Part shown: positions 36,861-48,377 of the stretch, in pieces
Layout: the number at the start of each line of letters is the position of its first letter
Numbering within the stretch: the first letter of the stretch is position 1
Source: Eledone cirrhosa
Lineage: Eukaryota
Direction of reading: 5' to 3'
Length of the DNA stretch: 64,000 nucleotides
NCBI GenBank assembly: GCA_964016885.1
Contig: OZ024743.1
Span: 331,452,001 to 331,516,000 of the forward strand
Translations under genes and position numbers: made by a program
The notes under the pieces: model-generated
The model's input: only the letters and a program-made list of their open reading frames with translations
The model's database searches: none
What the model was told of the DNA's origin: nothing

Positions 36861-39800
36861 CTAACTACCCCATACTCCTCCCCCATTATTATTTGGACCA
36901 ATCATAAGTCAGCGGCCTATGCTATCACTTCTCCTGTTGCATTTCGATATGATAGATGGACTAAGGAATTCTGGAGAGTCTGAAAAATCCGGACACTCAG
37001 TGACAATGTCAAAGATAACGACAAATTCACCTCATGCTGCCGGGCGAAAAGGCAAGGACTCCTCCTCATTGTTTCGGCCGCGGATGGCCAACATAACCCC
37101 AACCCCATCCCCCTCACCCCTCCCCACCGTTCCCACCCACCAAACGCAATCCAAAACTTCAGAGTTGGTACCATGAATGTAGGCACCTTAAAAGGTCACT
37201 CTAACGAGGTTGTAGAAATGCTTGAACGTGAGGAGGTTGATGTTTGCTGTATCCAAGAGACCAGGTGGAGGGGTCGGTCTGCTAGATTCATTGTGGGTAA
37301 AAAACGATGCTATAAGCTTTTCTGGGTGGGAAATAATAATGGGCTGGTGGAGTAGGAATCATGTTAGCAGAAAAATGGGTGGATAAGATAATAGACGTAA
37401 ATAGTGTGAACGACAGAATAATTAAAATAAGACTTGTTCTAAATAGAACTACTGTGACAGTAATATCTGCGTACGCACCCCAATCCGGACTGCCTGGCGC
37501 TATAAAAGACAGATTCTATGAGACACTGATGCTCACTACCTCCCAAATAACCGACAGTGACTATATAATTATTGCTGGCAGCCTAAATGGTCACGTTGGA
37601 CAACATTGTGACGGCTACGACGGAATCAATGGAGGCTATGGGTTTGGTACCAGAAATGAGGAAGGCTCCAGAATCCTGGAATTCTGTGACGGAAATAACC
37701 TAACTATCTGTAACACTAACTTCAAAAAAAAGACAATCACTTGATCACCTACAGATCAGGGGAATACACCAGCCAAGTAGATTATATCCTTACCAGAAGA
37801 CGAGACAGAGTGTCTGTTGAAAACACTAAATCCCTCCCCCATGAAGAATGCACCTCTCAACATAGACTCGTAATTAGCGACCTCATAGTCAGGATGAGAC
37901 GTACTCGACAACAGAAGAGGACTAGGAGAAAAATATGGAAGCTAAAGGACCCCACAGCCAGTAATAAATTTAAAAGCATATTACTTGATGCTTTCGACAG
38001 TAAGGAAGAGCAATTAGAGTCGTACAATATAGAGGAATATAGAGGAACAGTTGCACTTCGTGAAAGCAAACCTGCTGATGGCGGCAGATGAAGTCTGTGG
38101 CTGGAGCAGGCCTATAGGCAGGAGGAGAGAAACGTGGTGGTGGAACAGTAAGGTGGAGGAGTCAATTAAGGCCAAAAAGCAGGCTTGGAAAGTATGGCGG
38201 GATGGGGGAAGTAGAGCAGACTATCAAGTGGCCAGGAGGGAAACTAGGAGACAAGTGTTCTTCGCAAGAAGGGAAGCAGAGGAAAGAAAGTTCAAGCATG
38301 TTCTACAACACGAGGACCAAAAACGTGAGGTGCTCAGGATTGCTAGGCAATGTGTCAAGGAAAACCGTGATATTGTCGGGGAGAAGTGTGTCCTTAATGG
38401 TGATGGTGTACTTGCCATCACTGAAACTGATAAGAGGTAGCTTGGAAGTGTCACTACGAAAGGCTACTAAATGAGGAGAATAAATGGGAGAAAGACAGTC
38501 TCCCCCACATCGATCCAATAGAGGGACCAGCAGTGTCAGTTGAAGATAGTATAATAAGTAAGGCAATCAAAGATATGAAGACGGGTAAGGCGGCTGGGCC
38601 TTCGGAAATAGTTGCTGAAAAGCTGAAAGCTTCTGGAACGGTGGGACACACTATGGTCACCCGGATAGTAAACCAAGTCATACAGAATGGGGTTGTTCCG
38701 AAGGACTGGCGTAGCGGCATCATCATTAACTGCTACAAGGGTAAAGGAGATGCCCTAGATAGGGGTAACTATAGAGGCATTAAATTAATCGACCAGGTCA
38801 TGAGGGTCACAGAAAAAGTAATAGCGCAACTAATCAGGATGAAATGCAGTTCGGGTTTGTGTCAGGTTTGTGTCGGGTTTGTGTTCGGGTTTGGGTAAAA
38901 GTACCACAGACGCTCTTTTCATTGTACGACAACTACAGGAGAAGTACCTAGCTAAAAGTAAACCCCCTATACTTAGCTTTTGTCGACTTGGAGAAAGCCT
39001 TTGACAGAGTCCCTCGTTCCATTATCTGGTGGGCTCTTAGAAAACTAGGTGTTGATGAATGGCTTGTGAGAGCTATACAAGCCATGTATAAAGAAATAGT
39101 CAGCAAGGTCAGAATTAACAACGAATATAGTGAAGAGTTTAGCGTAAAAGTTGGTGTTCAGGGCTCCGTTCTTAGCCCGCTACTATTTATTATTGCCCTT
39201 CAGGCTATAACAGAGGAGTTCAAGACTGGCTGCCCATGGGAACTCCTATACGCAGATGATCTAACGCTCATAGCTGAATCAATGGCTGAACTAGAGAAGA
39301 AATTCCAAACATGGAAGCATGGCCTAGAATCAAAAGGCCTTAAAATTAACCTGGCTAAGACAAAAGTTCTAGTTTGTAGGAAGGAAAATAGGGCACCGGT
39401 CCCATCCGGGAAATGGCCATGCTCAGTGTGTAGGAAAGGAGTAGGCAGAAACTCCATTTTATGTCCCAAATGCAAAGTATGGGTGCATAGAAGATGTAGT
39501 GGGATCACAGGTAAGCTAACTAAGAATATAGATTTTATATGTGGCCAGTGCTCTGGTGCAATAAGTAGCAGCAAGTGCCCACAGAATACTAGCTCATTCC
39601 ATTGCACAGATGGCTCTATAGAAATAGTGGACACTTTCCGTTACTTCGGTGACAAAATCAGCAGTGGTGGAGGGTGCTCTGAAAGTACAGTAGCTAGAGT
39701 CAGAACGGGATGGAAAAAGTTCAGAGAGCTTATACCACTATTGGCCGCTAAAGGTTTCTCTCTAAAAATGAAAGGCAGATTGTATGATCCCTGCATACGA

Positions 39801-40162
39801 ACAGCTATGTTATATGGCAGTGAGACATGGGCATTGTGTGCAAAGAATCTGCGCAGACTAGAAAGGAACGAAGCATGCATGCTCCGTTGGATGTGTAATA
39901 GTAATATACGTGAACGGCAAAGCATAAATGAACTAAGTGAGAAATTAGGAATAAGAGGGATCAGATGCTGTTTACTCGAGAGAAGACTACGTTGCTATGG
40001 TCACGTGATGCACATGAAAGACGACAGTTGTATAAAAAAAGTGCAGGGCAATCAAAATTGATGGAAGTTACGGAGTAGGTAGACCCAGAAAAACCTGTGA
40101 TGAATTGATAAATTCTGACCTTACACACTTACACCTCTCCAAGACAATGTCACTGGACCGAG
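36861..40162 (+). mobile_element. Near full-length RTE LINE subfamily B (5'UTR, APE, RT with PHD finger); 3' end lost
   Basis: GTMNVGTL, CCIQETRW, SAYAPQ, NGHVG, GYGFGTRNEEG, SQVDYIL, SQHRLV, ETWWWN, NYRGIKL, YADD; several frameshifts. Confidence 0.94.
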
Positions 40163-40163
40163 C

Positions 40164-40451
40164 TCAGATAAACGAACATCAACGGCCCTCGCAAGTAAGG
40201 TATGGGATCTCAAGGATAGTAATATCCCGTACTCCATTGATTGGTCTATATTAGACCATTTGAGGGAGTACCAAAGGGGCACAAAGAATTGTTCTTTGTG
40301 TACCACAGAAAAGTATAGGATTTTGCTAAACTTGAGAGCCACTTCCGCTTGCCTTAATTCAAAGACTGAGATCTTCAGATGCTGTCCTCATCTGAAATCG
40401 CATCTGATCTGTAACTGGATTGACACTCCTACGATAAATCAACCGCCTTGA
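40164..40451 (+). pseudogene. Penelope-like GIY-YIG endonuclease C-terminal fragment
   Basis: STALASKVWDLKDSNIPYSIDWSILD...CSLCTTEKYRIL...LNSKTEIFRCCPH resembles the C-x2-C-x2-EK / LN..E...C.H tail of PLE endonucleases. Confidence 0.75.
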
Positions 40452-40720
40452 ACTCCTTCTCTGCTCTTTACTTTTGCTACGGTTTTTATTTTGCTGATTC
40501 TACCTTCTGTACTCTTGTATATTTAACATGTTTTTCTCCCTTACCTCCCCTTATATTTTTACCTCCTCTTAGCCCCCCCCCCCATATATTCTTTTTGTTT
40601 TGCCCTTCACATACCTATGTGTATGTGTATGTATTTTTGTGTGTATATATATATGTGTATATATGTATATATGTACGTATGTGTTTGTGTGTATATATAT
40701 ATATATGTATATATATATGT

Positions 40721-40754
<34 letters not shown>

Positions 40755-40820
40755 ATGTGTGTATATAATTGTATATTTGTGTGTGTATATGTATGTATAT
40801 GTGGATAAACCAGGCTTTTT

Positions 40821-40878
40821 TTCATTCTGAAGATTGAAGGAAACTTTTTTTGCTTTTAAGAAACCTCTGGTGAATGGA
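40821..40878 (+). ncRNA. Type I hammerhead ribozyme motif (GUG triplet, probably impaired)
   Basis: ttcatt-CTGAAGA-[ttgaagg/cttttaa]-GAAA-cc tct gg-TG-aatgga. Confidence 0.75.
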
Positions 40879-41312
40879 TTAATTGCCTTGTTTGGCTTTA
40901 TTACTTTACTACTATATATACGTTTATGTAAGGTTCATTTGTCTTATCTAATACTGAGCTTTACACATACACACATGTATATGTGTGTGTGTATGTGTAT
41001 GCATGTGTGTATGTGTACGTGTATGTGTGTATATATGTATATATATATATATGTATATATATATGTATGTATATGTATATATATATATATATATGTATAT
41101 GTATATATGTGTATATGTATGTGTATGTATGTATATGTGTGCGTGTGTATTTATTTATTTTTATGTATGTGTGTGTGTGTGTGTGTTCGTATTTGGTTGT
41201 GCGTGCTTTTGATATATACGTATTTGCATGTGTATAATTGTTTAGCTATGTATGTATATGTGTGTTTACGTATTTATATGTGTGTGCGTTTATATTTTTA
41301 TATTTTTGTATG

Positions 41313-41367
<55 letters not shown>

Positions 41368-41747
41368 ATATAATTACATATACATGTGTGTGTTTATATT
41401 GTATACGTGTACGTGTTTGTGTATGTATGTGTATGTACGTGTTTATGTATTTGTATATGTATATTTATGTGTGAGAGTGTGTGTATGTGTTTACTATTTC
41501 GTACGTATGTATATGTGCTTTTGTGTGTATTACTTACCACGCGTGTCTGTCCTGTTAGCTGGGCCATGTATCGCTGTCAAAAATTTGTTAATATATATTT
41601 ATATATTTTTTTCTTATATTTATTTGCGTGTGTGAATATGTAGTGGAGTGCATTCATGTATGTGTATGTATGTACGTTATATGTTTGTGTGAATGTATGT
41701 ATGTGTATATATATGTGTGTGTGTATGTGTATGCTTGTACACACACA

Positions 41748-41823
<76 letters not shown>

Positions 41824-42146
41824 TGTGTATATATATGTGTGTGTGTATGTGTGTGCGTGTGTGTGTATATGTGTGTGTGTGTATGTATGAATGTATGTGT
41901 ATATGTGTGTAGGTGTACGCTCTTTATATATATATATATATGTGTGTATATGTATGTGTGTATGCGTACATTTTTATATATATGTATATATGTGTGTGTG
42001 TGTAAGTATGCTTTTGTGTTTTTTTGTGTGTGTTTGCATGTGTAGTTTTATTTTATTTTTCCTTTCCTTCTCCCTTTTCCAGCCTCACTTTCATATATAT
42101 TGCATTTTTGTTTTTAGAATCCATATTCAATAAACAAACCAGGATT

Positions 42147-42206
42147 TTTCATTCTGAGGATTGAAAGCAAAACCTTTTGCTTTTAAGAAACCACTGGTAA
42201 ATGGAA
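42147..42206 (+). ncRNA. Type I hammerhead ribozyme, canonical core
   Basis: Stem I tttcatt/aatggaa; CTGAGGA 42154-42160; stem II ttgaaagcaaa/tttgcttttaa; GAAA 42187-42190; stem III cc-act-gg; GUA triplet ending at 42199. Confidence 0.88.
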
Positions 42207-42335
42207 TAGTGGTTAGAGCATTGGCCTTGCAATCGAAAGGTTGTGAGTTCAATTCTCAGACCGGGTGATGTGTTGTTTCCTTGAGCAAGACACTTTATTT
42301 CACATTGCTCCAGTTTACTCAGCTGTAGAAATGTG
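42207..42335 (+). mobile_element. tRNA-headed SINE head and core
   Basis: Near-identical to the reverse complement of 25848-25973. Confidence 0.85.
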
Positions 42336-42718
42336 TCAACACACATACCCATGCATATATATACATACATACATACACATATATATATACACAAATATAC
42401 CAATATATCTAACCCATGCTAGTGTGGAAAATGGACGTTAAACGATGATGATATAAATGAATGATACTTTCCATAAATCTTTAAAGCTGAACTTGACATC
42501 CATCAGAACCATGAGTGTTTATTCTATTGAAGGACAAAGGTTTGTTTGTGATGTCAAGATTCCTCCAGAAATTTCATCTCAAAATTTATTTATTTTTTTT
42601 ATTTTTATTCTTTTTATTAGTTTCATTCAGTAGAATATGGCCATGCTGGAGCATCAGCTTGTTCATATTTAGACAATCATATTGATCTCAATACTCATGT
42701 TTTCATGTCTGATTCTTA

Positions 42719-42958
42719 CTTTATCAGTTTCGTTTTGTGATATTCAGTCACACTGGTTCTGCCTGAGAAACACATTAAGAGTACATATGTCTGTAGAATA
42801 TTCAACCACTTACATATTATTTTAGTCCATTGGAGGTCTGAATGCAAACTACTGGAACCAACGAAAGATCTATCATCATCATGAAAGACACTTGACCAAG
42901 ATGTATAATCAGATTGAACCTGGCAGTGCATGGTTTCTACAGCAGACATCTCAACATC
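42719..42958 (-). other. Candidate pair of small host exons (about 42821-42958 and 42719-42762) separated by a short GT-AG intron
   Basis: Unique non-repeat sequence; gtaagt...tttctcag and gtaaga splice-like sites keep one open frame; no homology recognised. Confidence 0.25.
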
Positions 42959-42981
42959 TTTGAGTCAAAATAATACACAGT

Positions 42982-43207
42982 TTAACCCTTTAGCATTTAA
43001 ACCAGCCATATCCAGCCAGAATCCTCTCACCTCTTTCTGTTCAAACTGGCTGTAACCAGCTACTCATATTGATGTTAAGGTATTGTCCTCAAAATAAATA
43101 CTATCAAAATCTCATAGATTCAATATCATGAGATAATTATGTGAGGTAAAGCCTTTACTGTGAAAATACAATAGTATATATAGAAAAATGCAAATGTTAA
43201 AGGGTTA
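42982..43207. mobile_element. piggyBac-like MITE (second family)
   Basis: TIRs ttaaccctttagcattt / aaatgttaaagggtta. Confidence 0.7.
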
Positions 43208-43612
43208 GAGGACTAGATAAATTAGTATAGTTAATATGAAGTGTTGTGAAATATGTAATAAATGATTGATAAGTTTCCGAAAGCCAGTATAATGCAGTAG
43301 AAATATATAAAGGGCAAAGGATGACAACAAGTAATTTTTTTGACACAGTATATTTCAACGTAATATTTCAGGGTTAATACCCTCTATTCAAATGCAAAAG
43401 CAAAATTGATGCAAAACAAAATGAACAATTGATATCTTCTTCTCTATTTTTATGTTATTTCCTAGCAGCTGAGACATCTAAATAACTATTGATTGTTTGC
43501 AGAATTGTCAAATATTTGTTATTCAGTTATCTCTTGGTTTCATTCATAGTTCCTTCAAACAGAACTTAATCTCTCAATGAGAAAAGTGCAAGTAAGCCCA
43601 TGCATTTGATAG

Positions 43613-43653
<41 letters not shown>

Positions 43654-43656
<3 letters not shown>

Positions 43657-45193
43657 TGGGACACACTATGGTTAGCTGGATAGTAAACCAAGTCATACAG
43701 AATGGGGTCATCATTAACTGCTACAAGAGTAAAGGAGATGCCCTAGATAGGGGAAACTACAGAGGCATTAAGTCAGTTGACCAGGTCATGAAAGTCACAG
43801 AAAGAGTTATAGCACAACTAATCAGAGAGTGAATTGATCTAGATGAAATGCAGTTCAGGTTTGTCTCAGGTAAAAGTACCACAGACACTCTTTTCATTGT
43901 ACGACAACTACAGGAGAAGTACCTAGCTAAAAGTAAACCTCTATACTTAGCTTTTGTTGACTTGGAGAAAGCCTTTGACAGAGTCCCCCACTCCATTATC
44001 TGGTGGGCTCTTAGAAAACTAGGTGTTGATGAATGGCTTGTGAGAGCTATACAAGCCATGTATAAAGAATCAGTCAGCAAGGTTAGAATTAACAACAAAT
44101 ATAGTGAAGAATTTAGCGTAAAAGTTGGTGTTCATCAAGGCTCTGTCCTTAGCCCCCTCCTATTTATTTTTGCAATTCAGGCTATAACAGAGGAGTTCAA
44201 GACCGGCTGCCTATGGGAACTTCTATACGCAGATGATCTAACTCTCATAGCTGAATCGATGGCTGAACTAGAGAAGAAATTCCAAACATGGAAGCATGGC
44301 CTAGAATCAAAAGGCCTTAAAGTTAACTTGTCTAAGACTAAAGTTCTAGTATGTAGAAAGGAAAATAGGGCACAGGTACCCTCTGGGAAATGGCCATGCT
44401 CAGTGTGTAGGAAAGGAGTAGGCAGAAATTCCATTTTATATCCCAAATGGAAACTATGCATACATAAAAGATGTAGTGGGATCACAGGTAAGCTATCTAA
44501 GAACGTAGATTTTATTTGTGGCCGATGCTCAGGTGCAATAAGTAGCAAGTGTCCAAAGGATACTAACTCCTTCCATTGCCCAGATAGTTATATAGAAATA
44601 GTAGACACTTTCCGTTACCTGGGTGACAAAATCAGCAGTGGTGGAGGGTGCTCTGAAAGTACAGTAGCTAGAGTCAGAACGGGATGGAAAAAGTTCAGAG
44701 AGCTTATACCACTATTGGCCACTAAAGGTTTCTCCCTAAAAATGAAAGGCAGATTGTATGATGCCTGCATACGAACAGCTATGTTACATGGCAGTGAGAC
44801 CTGGGCATTGTGTGCAAAGAATCTGCGCAGACTAGAAAGGAACCTGTGACGAATTGATAAATTCTGACCTTACACACTTACACCTCTCCAAGACAATGTC
44901 ACTGGACCAAGATCTTTGGTGCTACGCAGTAATACAGAAGACTTGCCTTGCCTATGTACAAAGCGAAACCTAGTCAGTAGGCACCTCTTAACCAAATATA
45001 CACCCTATCCCACTACCCCTACTCCACTGTAAACGTTGGTTGGTGTTAGGAAGGGTATCCAGCCATAGAAAACCTGCCAGCCAGTCCTATACAAGCGAGA
45101 CATGGTCACCCGACCAATCTTGCCTCAAGTGGGACAATTCCCATCTAAACGCATGCTAGTGTTGTAGACAGACATTAAACGATGATGATGATG
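43654..45193 (+). mobile_element. RTE subfamily B, 5'-truncated, internally deleted
   Basis: 333-aa RT ORF 43848-44849 with YADD and a decayed PHD finger; (TA)n on both sides. Confidence 0.93.
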
Positions 45194-45377
45194 ATATATA
45201 TATATGAGGTGAAGCTTATCGAATAAAATGGACATGATACAGCTTCGGTCATTTCCTCACTCACTCAACAACCAATTAAATTTGTATTATTAAAATTAAA
45301 ATCCAACTGGTCAGAGTGCACACACACATTAATCAGTGAGGAAGATGACGTCATGTAAAATAATTGATACATATATA

Positions 45378-45690
45378 AAGGCAGTAAATTGGCAGAGTCG
45401 TTAGAATGTCGGATAGAATGCTTTATGGTACTTGTTTCTGCTCTCTGAGTTCCAATTTGCCTTTCATCCATACAAGGTCGATAAAAAAAGTACCAGTCAA
45501 GTACTGGGGTCAATTCTTCCTCTATATCTCTTTCTCATTTCTTCTCTCTCACTTTCTATCTTTCTCTGGAAGAAATCTGCTGTGTTCAGGCCCGGAGAGG
45601 AATGGGTTCTGCCATGTTTAAAATTAGCCAAATAAATGCTGTATGTCAATGCAGCACCCCTACGACTCTATAAGGAGTTACGGAACCATA
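45378..45690 (+). mobile_element. tRNA-headed SINE (long-tail family)
   Basis: ggcagtaaattggcagagtcgttagaa...gcctttcatcc..aaggtcgataaaaaaagtaccag. Confidence 0.82.
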
Positions 45691-45983
45691 CATACATATT
45701 TATGCATCTACACATTTATTTTATCTAATTTATCAATTCATTTTCTATTAACACATAAAAATAACACATCTTAGCTACACTGTTTATAAGTTTATACACA
45801 GTATAGTAGACTCTGTAAATATTTTCAACTGTTTGCCATCGAGGACAATTGTGAGGATTTTACTAAGCACTAAATGTCTTCTCATTAAAATCATGTATTT
45901 TACTTTTATGTGTATGCACACAGAGTTTAACATAAACACACACATACACTTCTGTGTATGTATGTATGTGCATTCATATATAC

Positions 45984-46027
<44 letters not shown>

Positions 46028-46029
<2 letters not shown>

Positions 46030-47190
46030 GACTAAGGTCCTTGTAAGTAGACGAGAAAACAGAACCCAGATCCCCTCAGGGAAATGGCCTTGCTCAGTAT
46101 GTAGGAAAGGTGTAGGTAGGAACTCCATTCTCTGCCCCAAATGCAAACAATGGGTACACAAGAGATGTAGCGGGATCTCAGGAAGCTTAATTAAGAATGT
46201 AAGCTTCACATGCAGCAGCTGTACTGGGACAGCAAGCAGCAAACAGCCACAGGAAACAAGTACCACCAATCTCTGGGAGGACTCTGTAGAGACAGTAGAC
46301 AGCTTCTGCTACCTAGGTGACCGGATTAGCAGCGGAGGTGGGTGTTCAGAAAGTACAATAACTAGGGTAAGAACGGGATGGAAGAAGTTCAGGGAACTAC
46401 TGCCACTGCTAGCTGCAAAAAGCTTCTCCCTCAAAACGAAAGGCAGACTGTATGATGTGTGTATCCGAACAGCAATGTTACATGGTAGTGAGACCTGGGC
46501 GCTGAAGGTGGAAGACTTACATAGATTAGAGAGAAACGAAGCCTGCATGCTCCGATGGATGTGTAATAGTAATATACGTGAACGACAAAGCATAAATGAA
46601 TTGAGAGAGAGACTGAGCATAAGAGGGATCAAATGCTGTGTGCAGGAGAGGCGGATGCGTTGGTATGGACATGTGATGTGTATGAAGGATAACAGCTGCA
46701 TAAAAAGGTGCAGAGCACTAGAAGTCAATGGAAACCGTGGAGTGGAGAGACCCAAGATGACCTGGGATGAGGTGATAAAAGCCGACCTTACCCAATTACA
46801 CCTCTCAAAGGCGATGACACACGACCGTGACCTCTGGCGTCACGCAGTAATACAGAGTACCCGACCTCCCATGGGTACAAGCTGAAGCATATAGACAACA
46901 TGCCCCCACACCCTCCCACTGCAAGGTGGTCGTGGAGGTGCCACGGCAAAAAAAGCACCCAGCCCACACTGTAAAGTGGACGTGTAGGCGCCACGAAAAA
47001 GCACCCAGCACTCACTGTAAATGAGGTTGGTGTTAGGAAGGGCATCCAGCTGTAGAAATCAAGCCAAATCAGTTCCTGTATGAGCAAGGCATGGTCAGCC
47101 AACCAGACACTGCCCACAACAGGACAACCCATCTAAACCATGCTAGCGTGGAAGAACGGACGTAAAACGGTGATGATGATGATGATGATG
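46028..47190 (+). mobile_element. RTE subfamily A, 5'-truncated (PHD finger to 3' end)
   Basis: KTKVLV...PHD...FCYLGD...RPKMTW open; (TA)n on both sides. Confidence 0.93.
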
Positions 47191-47223
<33 letters not shown>

Positions 47224-47400
47224 TGATGACACAAACACATACATACATATACACACATATATATATATAAACATAAACACACCTCTATACACACATATAT
47301 ATATATATATATATATGTATATGTATGTATATATTTTCTCTCCCCACCCCTCTAAAAATATGTGCTACACATTTAAACATTCTCATGCTTTATATATATA

Positions 47401-47752
47401 TCTTCTATATATATAAAAGTGAGGATGTGTGTGTGTCTGTGTACAACTTTGGATACCTAAGGCTTTTACAATTACCAACCGAATTTGACCAAATTTTCTG
47501 TGCACGTTGCACAGGTCGCTAAGGTGGTCATATCACAAAACCTTTTTCAAATCGATCCACGTTGAGCAATAAAAAATCGATATCAAAATTATCAGTAGCA
47601 AAATTGATGTAAGGGAGATACCCAATTTTATTGACAGAAATATAAACATCAGATTAATTTGAAGATAAATTACTAATATTATCGTTTGTTTCTTGTTTAT
47701 TCTTTGTTGCATTTCAAACCCCGGGCAACGCCGGGTAAATATACATAAATAG
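47401..47752 (+). mobile_element. Non-autonomous Helitron-like element
   Basis: 5' TC..ctatatatataaaag start and 3' GC hairpin cccgg-gcaacg-ccggg at 47720-47735; terminal CTRR degenerate. Confidence 0.65.
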
Positions 47753-48043
47753 GAAGAGAGAGATGGGTGTAGAGTGAGGCCAAACATCTTCTTTATGTAT
47801 TGTCAATAAGTTGCTTATTAGTAACAATGGTGCCAGTCATCTCATCCTATATATATTCCTTCCCAAGACATCCACTAGAACTGTCTTCTTTATTCTTCAC
47901 ACACATATCAATACAGACATACATATCTGTACATATACACAGACATTTTTGTACATATACAAACACACATAGCTGAACACACACACACATCTCTACACAT
48001 ACACACACATCTCTACACATACATATCTTTGAAATTATAGTTG

Positions 48044-48248
48044 CTACTATGCAGATAATTATATTAATAATTGATAATAGTTGAGCAAATCAAGTAAAAT
48101 ACCCCTGAAGATGAGGAAAGGTTCATGCAAGGAATTGAACCACACAACTCTCATAAGCTGGATGAGCACATTTAACCAATAATCGTCATCAGGGGTACGT
48201 TACCTGATTTATTCTTTATTCAACTATTATTATAGTTATCTGCAGTAG
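48044..48248. repeat. Imperfect long inverted repeat (MITE or inverted pseudo-LTR remnant)
   Basis: tgcagataa...aatagttga...aaatcaagtaa..tacccctgaagatga versus tcgtcatcaggggtacgttacctgattt...tcaactatt...ttatctgca. Confidence 0.6.
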
Positions 48249-48377
48249 ATTGCACTCCATTGATTGTTTTCCTGGACTTAAATTCCTCAACAGAAGTTTC
48301 CATCTCAAAGTTGTAGGGCTAGTCTCAGTTGATTGAAATTTTTCCAGCTATCTTCAATTCAGTATTCAGTTCGAAAC

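Larger units (their letters stand above)
40163..42206 (+). mobile_element. Penelope-like element 3' end with pseudo-LTR direct repeats
   Basis: GIY-YIG tail followed by ~70-bp direct repeats at 40807-40878 and 42136-42205, each holding a hammerhead motif. Confidence 0.75.

Noticed and set aside
37002-37100. HDV-like ribozyme in the RTE 5'UTR (gacaatg/cattgtt could be P1 with a G-U pair)
   Set aside because: L3, P1.1 GG placement and P2 pairing do not fit the HDV fold
40600-42133. Numerous Cys/Val/Tyr/Ile-rich ORFs (also 16938-18962, 56678-57138, 4191-4967)
   Set aside because: Translations of TA/TG/CA/GGT/GAA microsatellites
45833-46027. N-terminal extension of the 350-aa ORF
   Set aside because: Chance read-through from flanking microsatellite DNA into a truncated RTE
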